DNA from: Paracoccaceae bacterium
GTDB taxonomy: Bacteria; Pseudomonadota; Alphaproteobacteria; Rhodobacterales; Rhodobacteraceae
Direction of reading: 5' to 3'
Assembly (NCBI GenBank): GCA_965221575.1
Contig: CBDCSM010000007.1
Location: 84,358 to 148,357, forward strand
DNA: 64,000 bases
Below are positions 9,694-18,328 of this stretch, piece after piece (the first letter of the stretch is position 1; each line of letters begins with the position of its first letter). Both the position numbers and the translations under genes were made by a program. The notes beneath the pieces were generated by a model. It was not told where the DNA came from. It saw nothing but the letters and a program-made list of their open reading frames with translations, and did not search any database.

Positions 9694-10962
9694 TCAGTGG
9701 AATCGGGTTTCAGCCACGCTGCAATAGCTGGCGATGAACACCGCGAAAGCGATGATTCCGGCGATGTATTCGTCGACATTCACCCGCTCCTCGAGCGTGT
9801 GACAGTTGGCTATGTCGCCAGGCGCGCTGTAAACGGCAGGGCAGCCCATCCGGTTGACGAAGAAAGACGTCTCCGACCAAAAGGGAGCACCCTCGATTTT
9901 TCCGCGCCCCGGCATTGCCGCTGATAGAGCTCTGGACAGTGCCCTGACCGGCGCGAGACCCGGTTCGATCTCGGCGGGCGACCCGCCATGCTTTCGGTCA
10001 CGGCCCGAAGGCCAGAAGATGTCGAAGGAGATACCTTCCTGGACCGGCACGCCCCGGATAACGGCCTCGAGTTCCGCGACCGCTCCGTCCATATCCTCGC
10101 CGGGAAGCAGCTTGCGGATCAGCGAAAACGAGCATTCGCCGGGCACAGCGATATAGCCGCCGCCGGAAATCCGCGTAACAAGCGCAAATCCCCTGCCGAC
10201 CAGCGGGTGTTCCGCGCGTCTCGAGATCGCTTCCGAGTGTTTCCAGACCGCGCCGAGTATTGCGTGCATCGCCTTGAGCGCATCGACGCCAAGTTCCGGC
10301 ATGCCGAAATAGGCTGTTTTTCCGGTAACGGTCACGTCGGCGATGAAAAAGCCCATCTGTGCGGGGAAGACGGAAAGCCGCGTCGGTTCGACATAGACGG
10401 CGAATTCCGGTCGCGGGATACGACCGGACAATATCTGTTCGGTGTAGTGCTTGATGCCGGCGCTGACTCCGGTGCCGGGTTCGCCGCTTTCCTCGTCGCC
10501 GACGAATGCGAAGGCCACGTCTCCGGCAAGTCCGATCCCGGCCTTGTCGAGCAGGTCCAGCGCAGCAAGCGATGCACAGATACCCGCCTTGAGGTCTCCG
10601 GCACCCCGGCCCCAGATTTCACCATCAACGATTGCGCCGCTGAAGGGGTTCTCGCGCTCGGTCCCCTTCCATCGTTCCTTCCAGCCACCGGCATGCACCG
10701 TGTCGGTGTGGCCGGCGAACAGCAGGCGCGGTCCTTCGCCGGCCCCCTTGCGCTCGCCCCATATGTTCGGACGGCCGGGCAGGAACTCGGCTCGCTCGGG
10801 CGAAAGGTTCCGTTCCTGCATCCGCGCTTCAAGGAAGTCGGCGAAATCGGCCTCGTTACCGGTTATGCTCTGCCGCGCAATCGCGCCCCGGAGAAGCGTC
10901 AGCGCCTCCTTTCGGTCGACCAGGCCGGCAAATCGTTCCGCGAGAGCCGAGGATTCGTTCAT
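9694..10962 (-). CDS. M20 family metallopeptidase / deacylase (ArgE/DapE-like)
   Basis: 422 aa. Metal-ligand motifs HTDTV, GRGAGDLKAG and DEESGE. Its start overlaps the stop of the ROK gene. Confidence 0.8.
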   Translation of the reverse strand: MNESSALAERFAGLVDRKEALTLLRGAIARQSITGNEADFADFLEARMQERNLSPERAEFLPGRPNIWGERKGAGEGPRLLFAGHTDTVHAGGWKERWKGTERENPFSGAIVDGEIWGRGAGDLKAGICASLAALDLLDKAGIGLAGDVAFAFVGDEESGEPGTGVSAGIKHYTEQILSGRIPRPEFAVYVEPTRLSVFPAQMGFFIADVTVTGKTAYFGMPELGVDALKAMHAILGAVWKHSEAISRRAEHPLVGRGFALVTRISGGGYIAVPGECSFSLIRKLLPGEDMDGAVAELEAVIRGVPVQEGISFDIFWPSGRDRKHGGSPAEIEPGLAPVRALSRALSAAMPGRGKIEGAPFWSETSFFVNRMGCPAVYSAPGDIANCHTLEERVNVDEYIAGIIAFAVFIASYCSVAETRFH

Positions 10963-12185
10963 TGCCGCGCATCCGCGAGCTTGACGACATCGGCGGGCGG
11001 CAATGAAATTTCCGCACCCGGAACGCCTCCCGAAAACAGGATCGTGTGCAACTGGCCCAGCCCAACCGCCGCACCGCCGACGAGAGTCGACTGGGAGCCG
11101 AGTCGGGACGCGACAACCTCAACCGGCCTTGACGAACACCTCGACACGAAAGCTCGCACCCGACTCAGCATCTCGTCCCGGCCACCGATCGAGCCTCCCA
11201 GGACGACGCGTTCCGGGTTCGTGAGCGCCGATATTGCCGCCACGGCCCTTGCGACGAGTTGCGCTGTCTCGTCAAGGACAGCCCGTGCCGCGGGGTCGCC
11301 TCTCGTCGAAAGATCGAAGATCGTCGGAACATCGACATCCTGACCGGTCTGCGCCCGGTATCGCGCGCGCATGCCGACGGTCGCGGTAACGCGTTCAAGC
11401 GCACCGACCCTCAGCGATTCCGGCTCGAACGGATCGGCTCCGAAAGGCAGGAACCCGAGTTCGCCGGCCGCACCGAGATGCCCGCGAACGAGTTCACCTC
11501 CGACCATGATGCCGGCACCGATACCGGTTCCAAGCGCCACATAGGCAAGGTCGTCGAAACCGGCGCCAGCGCCAATCCAGCTTTCTCCGATGACGGCCAG
11601 GTTAACATCGTTTTCGATGACGACGTCGATTCCGAGTTCCGCTTCCAGGCTAGCCGCAATGTCATGGGAGGCGAGACCGCGGATGTTCGGCGCCATCAGG
11701 ACACGCCCCGTCGTTTCTTCGGGCACACCGGGCACGCCGACAACCGCGAGACGGACGCGTCCGAAGGAGATGTCATTTTTCTTGGCTGCCTCGCGGCACA
11801 TTCGCGCGATCTGCCTGACGACGGCCATTCCACCTCGTTCGTCCGTCGGTTCGGTCAATGCAGCGGGCACGCGACAGGACAAATCGGCGATGGCGGCGCG
11901 AACCTTGGTGCCGCCAAGATCGACGGTCGCGATGCACGCGGCATCAGGAACGATTTCATAGGTTATGGCGCTGCGTCCCACGTGGCCGCTGGTCCGGCCG
12001 GTGCGGTGGATCCAGCCGTCCCTTTCCAGCAACAGAACGATCTCGGAAATGGTCTGCTTGGACAATCCCGTCTGCCTGGCAATGCTTGCCCGGGAGATTG
12101 GCCCGCAATGCGTGATGTGCTCCATCACCGTACAAAGGGAGAACTGCCTGGAATGGAGTTTCGCGTCGCTCAATGAGTTGTCCAA
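10959..12185 (-). CDS. ROK family transcriptional regulator (NagC/Mlc-like)
   Basis: 408 aa. N-terminal winged HTH (ISRASIARQTGLSKQTISEIV) plus a ROK sugar-kinase-like body (DLGGTK, GIGAGI). Confidence 0.8.
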   Translation of the reverse strand: MDNSLSDAKLHSRQFSLCTVMEHITHCGPISRASIARQTGLSKQTISEIVLLLERDGWIHRTGRTSGHVGRSAITYEIVPDAACIATVDLGGTKVRAAIADLSCRVPAALTEPTDERGGMAVVRQIARMCREAAKKNDISFGRVRLAVVGVPGVPEETTGRVLMAPNIRGLASHDIAASLEAELGIDVVIENDVNLAVIGESWIGAGAGFDDLAYVALGTGIGAGIMVGGELVRGHLGAAGELGFLPFGADPFEPESLRVGALERVTATVGMRARYRAQTGQDVDVPTIFDLSTRGDPAARAVLDETAQLVARAVAAISALTNPERVVLGGSIGGRDEMLSRVRAFVSRCSSRPVEVVASRLGSQSTLVGGAAVGLGQLHTILFSGGVPGAEISLPPADVVKLADARQ

Positions 12186-12255
12186 TTGATTCGTTCGGTT
12201 ACCGAACTAATTATCACGACGTCCGAAACTCGTCAAATTTAGCGTGACATGATAG

Positions 12256-12318
12256 TTCCCGATCAGGAATATTTTTTGGGTCCTTACCCGATTTGGGTGA
12301 CTTGTTCCCGATCGGGAA
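12256..12318. promoter_or_regulatory. Candidate HipB operator set (palindromes TTCCCGATCAGGAA, ACCCGATTTGGGT, TTCCCGATCGGGAA)
   Basis: A perfect 14-bp palindrome lies at 12305-12318. Near-copies lie at 12256-12269 and 12286-12298. All are directly upstream of hipB, analogous to the repeated dyad operators of E. coli hipBA. Confidence 0.5.
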
Positions 12319-12334
12319 TTTGGAAGTCACGATA

Positions 12335-12562
12335 ATGACCTACACGACAGAACAAATCGGCAAGCTGGTTCGGGATACGCGCAAAGCGCTGGGCAGAACC
12401 CAGAAAGACCTTGCGCTCACGTCGGGCACTGGCTTGCGTTTCATCATCGAGCTCGAAAAAGGCAAGCCAACCTGCCAGTTCGGCAAGGCGCTGACGGTCC
12501 TAAAGACACTCGGCATCTCGATCAGTCTGACGCCACCGACAACAGACGAGGCCGACCGATGA
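12335..12562 (+). CDS. hipB: HipB-like XRE-family antitoxin
   Basis: HTH core QKDLALTSGTGLRFIIELEKGK. The ATG at 12335 is preferred over the tracked start at 12293. Its stop overlaps the hipA ATG (ATGA). Confidence 0.8.
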   Translation: MTYTTEQIGKLVRDTRKALGRTQKDLALTSGTGLRFIIELEKGKPTCQFGKALTVLKTLGISISLTPPTTDEADR

Positions 12563-13825
12563 CCAAAACGCTTGATGTGTATCTGCACCGGAAATCTGTC
12601 GGCCGTCTCATTCAGGACGACCATGGACTTTTGCTGTTCGAGTATGACGAGAACTGGTTGAACAGCCCGGATGCAATCGCATTGTCGATTTCGCTACCGT
12701 TGCGGAAACGGCAGTTCAGGGGAAAAGAATGCAAAGGTTTTTTTAGCGGCATTCTGCCTGAAGAATCCAAACGCCGTCAGATCGCCAAAAACCTCGGGAT
12801 CAGCGCCCGCAACGACTATTCAATGCTGGAGCAGATCGGTGGCGAGTGTGCAGGCGCTGTTACCTTCATCCCTGGTGGTCAGCCTTTACCGGACACCGAT
12901 CACCAGTATCGAGAACTGAATGACGTGAATTTGTCACGAATCCTGCGGGAATTGCCTCACCGTCCCCTGATGGCCGGTGAAGCAGGCGTCCGGCTTTCGC
13001 TCGCCGGCGCACAGGACAAAATCGCTGTTCACTTTGAGGAAGGCAGGGTCTCTCTGCCACTTGGCGGCGCGCCCAGCACGCATATCCTGAAACCGGCGAT
13101 CGAACGATTCGAAGGTGTCGTGTTCAACGAAGCAGTTTGCATGAAACTCGCGTCTGCCGTCGGCATTCCCACGTCTGAAGTTGAGTTCCGGCAGGTTGAA
13201 GACATCGACTACCTAATGATCAAACGTTTCGATCGCCGAATCCGCAAGACATCCCCGGGGAACCCGGCTCAAACGCCTGCACCAGGAAGATTTCTGCCAG
13301 GCGATGGGGATTTCATCGGAATCAAAATATCAAAGCGAAGGCGGTCCCGGACTGAAGCAATGCTTTGCTTTGCTGCGCGATGTCTCAAGGATTCCGCTCA
13401 TCGACCTGCAGCAACTACTGGACGCGGTGATTTTCAACGTCCTGATCGGCAACCATGACGCGCACGCCAAGAACTTCTCACTCCCCTATGGAGAAAGAAC
13501 TGAGGGAACGGGGCCTGATGTCCGCCTGGCACCGCTCTACGATCTTGTCAGCACGGTCCATTATCCAGAGTTGACATCAAACATGGCCATGAAGCTTGGC
13601 GGTGAGTATCGATCTGACCGACTTGCAAAAAGACACTTCGAGAAATTTGCCGAGGACGCCGGTCTGGCGAAACCAATTGTCGTTCGACGGGTAACGGAAC
13701 TCGCACAATCCTGCCGCAGTGCACTCATCAATCTGGAAATATCTCACCAGGTCGCCAAAGATGTGATGTCAATGATCGACCGTAGTTGTGAAAAATTCGG
13801 AGAAACATTTTCGGCCCCGCAGTAA
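12559..13825 (+). pseudogene. hipA: HipA-family Ser/Thr kinase toxin, interrupted by a +1 frameshift near 13253-13265
   Basis: ORF 12559-13458 carries the N-terminal HipA couple/oligomerisation region (LSLAGAQDK, KRFDRR). It runs out of frame after ...RRIRKTSPG. The continuation RLKRLHQEDFCQAMGISSESKYQSEGGP...IGNHDAHAKNFSL is in the next frame (ORF 13304-13825). The shift sits in a CCCCGGGGAACCC run. Confidence 0.8.
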
Positions 13826-14011
13826 CGAGGGGCGCAAACGGGTTGCACCTGCTGATTGAGGCGATACCGGCTACCACATGTCTTGAGAAGGCGCTCGCCA
13901 TTCATTGATCCGGGCATGCCGCAAGTCCAGAGCAATTCATGGCAGGAAAACGGCTCGAACAGAGGCACAAGGCGGTTCGAACCACGTTTCCTCAGGCAAA
14001 AAATCAAGGAA

Positions 14012-14085
14012 TGGAGCGGGCGATGGGAATCGAACCCACGTCTTCAGCTTGGAAGGCTGTTGCTCTACCCCTGAGCTACGCCCGC
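14012..14085 (-). tRNA. tRNA-Gly (anticodon UCC)
   Basis: The reverse complement is GCGGGCGTAGCTCAGGGGTAGAGCAACAGCCTTCCAAGCTGAAGACGTGGGTTCGATTCCCATCGCCCGCTCCA. It folds as a cloverleaf with anticodon loop CTTCCAA, T-loop TTCGATT and an encoded CCA. Confidence 0.9.
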
Positions 14086-14829
14086 ATTCTCCAAACGATC
14101 TATGAAATGTTCCTGTCACAGGCAAGGCAATTCGTCCCGGTGCTGATTCCGCGCCGCCACGCAGCGCTCGCTGCGTCCCGTCTTTATCGCGACATGGTCG
14201 GGAATTCCCGGCAACCCGGAAACCACTTGCTTGCGAACCCGGGTTTCTTCTCGTTATCGAGATCGTCGGCGACTTCCGTTCCATTCAATCTGCACGGAGA
14301 TCCTCCAAACCTCGAGTTTTCCCGACATGCCGCCTGTCACGAGTCGACAGAGGTTATGCCCGGGATTCGAATTCGGAATTGCCTCGCTGTCCGGCACGAC
14401 GGCAAGCCGCGCCCTCACGGCGTCTTCGACAATCTCGTCAGCGTGATCACGTCATGGACCGCCCTGCCCCCGGCCTGACGTCGAACCTGATCGTTAAGGC
14501 TGCCGGTTGTCGTCATCGCCGGCCTGCAGTCTCACGCATATTGGCCAACCATGTTTCCGTGCAAGTCATTCCTCATTGTCGTGGACCCGACGGGTGCGGG
14601 TGCAGGCCGCTGCATCAACACCCGAGGTCGGCTCAACGCGGTGCTCAAGTGCGCCAGGCTGTCATCTCATTGTCATAAATCTTTCACGATTGATCATAAA
14701 AAGGCGATAAACCGAAAATTCAGTTGACGAGGTATCCGAATCCGGAAAGAGATTGCGCCGAATGCATTGATCCGGCGAGGTTTAGTGCATATTGTTGAGT
14801 GCGCAATAGCAGCAGAGGACACGAATCCA

Positions 14830-15372
14830 ATAGCACGACGCCCCCACCACGCGCCACCGCAGCGCGACACCGGTCCCCGCGTAAACGAACGCATAATCGC
14901 CCCTGAAATTCGACTTATTGGTCCCGACGGTCAAAACGTCGGAGTTGTTCATCCCGAACGAGGAATTGAACTCGCGCACGAGTCGGGCCTGGACCTTGTC
15001 GAAATTTCGCCTACCGCCAGCCCTCCCGTTTGCAAGGTCATGGACTACGGAAAGTTCAAGTACGAACGGCAAAAACGGGAATCGGAAGCCCGAAAAAAGC
15101 AGAAAACCATCGAGGTCAAAGAGGTCAAGTTTCGTCCGAACACTGACAGCCATGACTTCGACGTCAAGATGCGCAACGTGATGCGGTTTCTCTCGAACGG
15201 GGACAAGGTCAAGGTTACGATGCGATTCCGGGGACGTGAAATGGCTCACCAGAATCTTGGCCTCGCCGTTCTCGACCGGGTTGCAGAGACGGTCGGTCTG
15301 GCAGGCAAGGTTGAGATCATGCCGAAGCTGGAGGGACGGCAGATGGTCATGGTGATCGGACCTAGCAAGTAG
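14830..15372 (+). CDS. infC: Translation initiation factor IF-3
   Basis: Conserved IF3 sequence starts at [22 protein letters not shown]. An in-frame ATA at 14830 lies 10 nt after GAGGA, giving 180 aa. The tracked TTG at 14767 would add 21 non-conserved residues. Confidence 0.85.
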   Translation: MARRPHHAPPQRDTGPRVNERIIAPEIRLIGPDGQNVGVVHPERGIELAHESGLDLVEISPTASPPVCKVMDYGKFKYERQKRESEARKKQKTIEVKEVKFRPNTDSHDFDVKMRNVMRFLSNGDKVKVTMRFRGREMAHQNLGLAVLDRVAETVGLAGKVEIMPKLEGRQMVMVIGPSK

Positions 15373-15993
15373 GTCGTGATTTGCCCGTTTCGCCGCGCCA
15401 CAGGCGGCAAACGCAATGACATGGCACCGAGGCACCGTTTCCGGTTTCTGATTTGTGCATAACCGGCCCCGCATCCAGCGGCCGTCGCACGGAACCAGAA
15501 CTAACGAGAACAAACCTAACTTGCGGCACATGCCTGGCTCAACCGTGTGCGCGAGGAGGAGCTGCACGAAATCCGTTTGGGCCCGCGCCCTCGGCGCCGT
15601 CTCAAGGAGGCGCCTGACACCATGCGGTGACACAGGCCGAACTTCAAAAGGGAAATCCGCTACCGCCGTATGGCCATCCGTATGACCAAGGGCACGGAAA
15701 TCACGAAACAGCCGCCCCCTTTGCCCCGCCCGGCCGACAACAACTCGGGAAACCAATCGAGAATCTGAAGTGTCAGCCCGTTGCCGGCACCTCAATTCCA
15801 TTTCCTTGATCTGAACCCCCGCTGGTTATTCCCCTGCCCTCATTGACGTTTGTTTCCGCAGACGCGGCCGACCCTTTCCTCCGTCGCCCATTGGTTCAAG
15901 CGGTACGCGTCCTTTTTCGGCGAAATACATTTCGAGGAGTTTCGGCTGAATTGACGATTGATTGCCGTATCCATGGAGAATAGACCTGCGCGC

Positions 15994-16341
15994 ATGGACG
16001 AATTTTCCGGTCGACAGTGGCATGACATGGGAGGTCAGGACTCGGGGCCCGTTTCCGGCGATGAACACGAATATGCGTTCTGGGAAAAGCGCGTTGATGC
16101 GCTCATGGTTATCACGAGCCGAAAAGGTCTGTTCACCGTGGACCAGCTTCGCCGCGTGCTGGAAGAGTTGGGCGAAAACGCTTTCGAGACCATGAGTTAC
16201 TACGAACGCTGGGTATTCGCGGTCAACCGGGCACTGATTGAAACCGGCGTCTATTCGACCGAAGAGCTAGCCAGGAAACTGTCGGAGGTCCGGGAAAGGG
16301 GATCGACCTATGGCGAATGCTGCCAAGCTGAACCGCGGTGA
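15994..16341 (+). CDS. Nitrile hydratase-family beta subunit, N-terminal half (stand-alone ORF)
   Basis: WHDMGG...YAFWEKRVDALMVI...SYYERWVFAV matches the N-terminal helical domain of NHase beta. The start is ambiguous between 15973 and 15994. The ORF ends 32 nt after the next ORF begins. Confidence 0.7.
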   Translation: MDEFSGRQWHDMGGQDSGPVSGDEHEYAFWEKRVDALMVITSRKGLFTVDQLRRVLEELGENAFETMSYYERWVFAVNRALIETGVYSTEELARKLSEVRERGSTYGECCQAEPR

Positions 16342-16615
16342 CAAGGTGCGCGTCCGGGCATTGGTTCCGCCCGGCCATGTCCGCACTCCCTGGTATCTTC
16401 GTGGGAAGAACGGAGTCGTCGAACGCCCGCTCGGTTGCACAATGAACCCCGAACAGCTTGCCTACGGACTGACATCCGGCGACGTCGAACTGTTGCGCGT
16501 ACGATTCACGATGCGCGAGATCTGGGGCGAAGATTGCGAATGCCCCGACGATACGCTTGATGCGGAGATTTTCGCGCATTGGCTTGAACGGATCGAATGG
16601 TCCGATGCTGCCTGA
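16310..16615 (+). CDS. Nitrile hydratase-family beta subunit, C-terminal half (stand-alone ORF)
   Basis: LNRGDKVRVRAL..GHVRTPWYLRGKNGVV...LLRVRFTMREIWGE matches the C-terminal beta-barrel domain of NHase beta. It has its own SD (AAAGGGGA) upstream of the ATG. Confidence 0.7.
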   Translation: MANAAKLNRGDKVRVRALVPPGHVRTPWYLRGKNGVVERPLGCTMNPEQLAYGLTSGDVELLRVRFTMREIWGEDCECPDDTLDAEIFAHWLERIEWSDAA

Positions 16616-17267
16616 ACCGGAACAACCGCACGGACCGGTATCGGAGGATGAGCATCATCATTCCGAACATGTTGATGAAGATTCTCCGTTAACCTACTGG
16701 CAGAACATGGAAATATCTGTACGGGAGCTTCTTGTCGAAAAAGGCGTGATCACCCCGGGCGAAATTACCGCGACAATCGAAGACATGGACCGGAGAACTC
16801 CGGCCAACGGTGCACGAATGGTCGCACGCGCCTGGGTCGATGACGACTTCCGCGAGAGATTGCTCGCGGATGCGAGTGCCGCCATGGCGGAAATGGGATT
16901 CGAACCCGGCGGGCTCCGCCTGATTGCCGTCGAAAACACCCGGGACATCCACAATGTCATCGTTTGTACCCTGTGTTCCTGCTACCCCCGGAACCTGCTT
17001 GGCCTGCCGCCGGACTGGTACAAACAGCGGGCGTACCGCTCTCGTCTCGTCAAATCGCCGCGTGCGACGCTCGAGGAGTTTGGACTCGAAATTCCCGGCG
17101 ATGTAACGGTGCGCGTCCACGACAGCACCGCAGACATGCGCTACATTGTCATTCCGGCACGTCCGGACGGGACACAGGGTCTCTCTGAATCAGAGTTGGC
17201 GGGGCTGGTAACCCGCGATTCCATGATCGGTGTTGCACTCGCGAACGAGCCGTCGGAAGAGCGTTGA
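16605..17267 (+). CDS. Nitrile hydratase-family alpha subunit, Co-type metal site
   Basis: Metal-binding claw VCTLCSCYP (the Co-type T/Y variant) sits in a typical alpha-subunit context. The ATG at 16605 overlaps the end of the preceding ORF. The N-terminal tail is acidic and His-rich (SEDEHHHSEHVDED). Confidence 0.85.
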   Translation: MLPEPEQPHGPVSEDEHHHSEHVDEDSPLTYWQNMEISVRELLVEKGVITPGEITATIEDMDRRTPANGARMVARAWVDDDFRERLLADASAAMAEMGFEPGGLRLIAVENTRDIHNVIVCTLCSCYPRNLLGLPPDWYKQRAYRSRLVKSPRATLEEFGLEIPGDVTVRVHDSTADMRYIVIPARPDGTQGLSESELAGLVTRDSMIGVALANEPSEER

Positions 17268-18172
17268 TGCTGAGATGGGGCGACCTGACACCGTTCGCCC
17301 GCGGTGCGACCCTCATGCTCGGCGCGATCTTCACCTTTTCGATCATGGATGCGGTCGCGAAGTTCCTGACCGGAAGCTACCACCCGGTACAGGTCGTCTG
17401 GGCGCGATACACGTTTCAGTTCGTCTTCGTGTTCCTGATTGCGGCACCGAGACTCCGCACGCTGCTCAGAACGAAGTACCCGCGGCTACAGCTGGTGCGG
17501 TCCGCGTTCCTCTTCGGGGCGACCGTGTGCTTTTTCCTTTCTCTTCCGCATCTCAAGCTTGTCACAGTTATCGCGATTTTCGAAGTCTCGCCTCTCGTGA
17601 TCTGTCTTTTCGCGTTCTTTTTTCTCGGCGAGCCAGTCGGTTGGCGGCGCTGGGCCGGTGTTGCATGTGGTCTGGTCGGGGCCTTGATCATCATCAGGCC
17701 TGCCGGCGATTTCTTTACGCCAGCGGCCTTGCTGCCCCTCATGTCCGCGACTCTCTTTGCGGCATACGCGGTCTCGACGCGATTTCTTGGCCAGGCCGAA
17801 AACCCCTGGACGAGTTTCCTGTACACCGCCCTGATCGGGACCATAGGCGCCAATCTCTGCCTTCCGTTTTTCTGGACCACTCCAGAGCCGACCGATGTCA
17901 TGTTCATGGCAATTCTCGGAGCGGGAGGCGGAATTGGTCACCTCATGTTGATCCGCGCGCTCGTCCAGGCGGACGCCTCAGCCCTCTCCCTCTTCACCTA
18001 TTGCGGGCTCATCTACAGCGCGATACTCGGATACTTCGTATTCTCCGAAGTCCCCGACGTGTTCACGGTCGTTGGATCGGTCTTTATCGTCTCGGCGGGA
18101 ATTTTCGTTTGGTATCGAGAAAACCAGGTCGCTGCACGAGATAAGCGGAACAAGAGACTATCGGAGGCCTGA
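17267..18172 (+). CDS. EamA/DMT family transporter
   Basis: About 300 aa and about 10 TM, with a duplicated EamA-like pattern. Its ATG overlaps the NHase alpha stop (TGATG). Confidence 0.8.
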   Translation: MLRWGDLTPFARGATLMLGAIFTFSIMDAVAKFLTGSYHPVQVVWARYTFQFVFVFLIAAPRLRTLLRTKYPRLQLVRSAFLFGATVCFFLSLPHLKLVTVIAIFEVSPLVICLFAFFFLGEPVGWRRWAGVACGLVGALIIIRPAGDFFTPAALLPLMSATLFAAYAVSTRFLGQAENPWTSFLYTALIGTIGANLCLPFFWTTPEPTDVMFMAILGAGGGIGHLMLIRALVQADASALSLFTYCGLIYSAILGYFVFSEVPDVFTVVGSVFIVSAGIFVWYRENQVAARDKRNKRLSEA

Positions 18173-18328
18173 ACCACCTTGGCCTGCCATTTCCTTCGGG
18201 ACATCCGCGTCGAAATTTCCGGTTAGGGAAGGTCTGCCTGGGCGCGCAAGAACGCGTGAGCCCGAACATGTTCGGCGCCGCGGACATGATTCGGCCGACG
18301 CCGAGGCGCCGGCCGATTCGCGGGTGTG

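Noticed and set aside
12186-14085. hipBA as a small genomic islet integrated at the 3' end of tRNA-Gly.
   Set aside because: I found no direct repeat of the tRNA 3' segment (TGGAGCGGGCGATGGGAATCGAACC) near 12186-12300. No integrase gene is present.
14086-14829. About 740-bp stretch without a convincing gene between tRNA-Gly and infC.
   Set aside because: The tracked ORFs here overlap the tRNA or have low-complexity translations. I recognised no motif or RNA structure. It may be a decayed gene or a long leader, but there is no support for a call.
15373-15972. Cobalamin or cobalt-responsive riboswitch upstream of the Co-type NHase cluster.
   Set aside because: I looked on both strands for B12-box-like and conserved core elements and found only weak partial resemblance (AAGGGAA).
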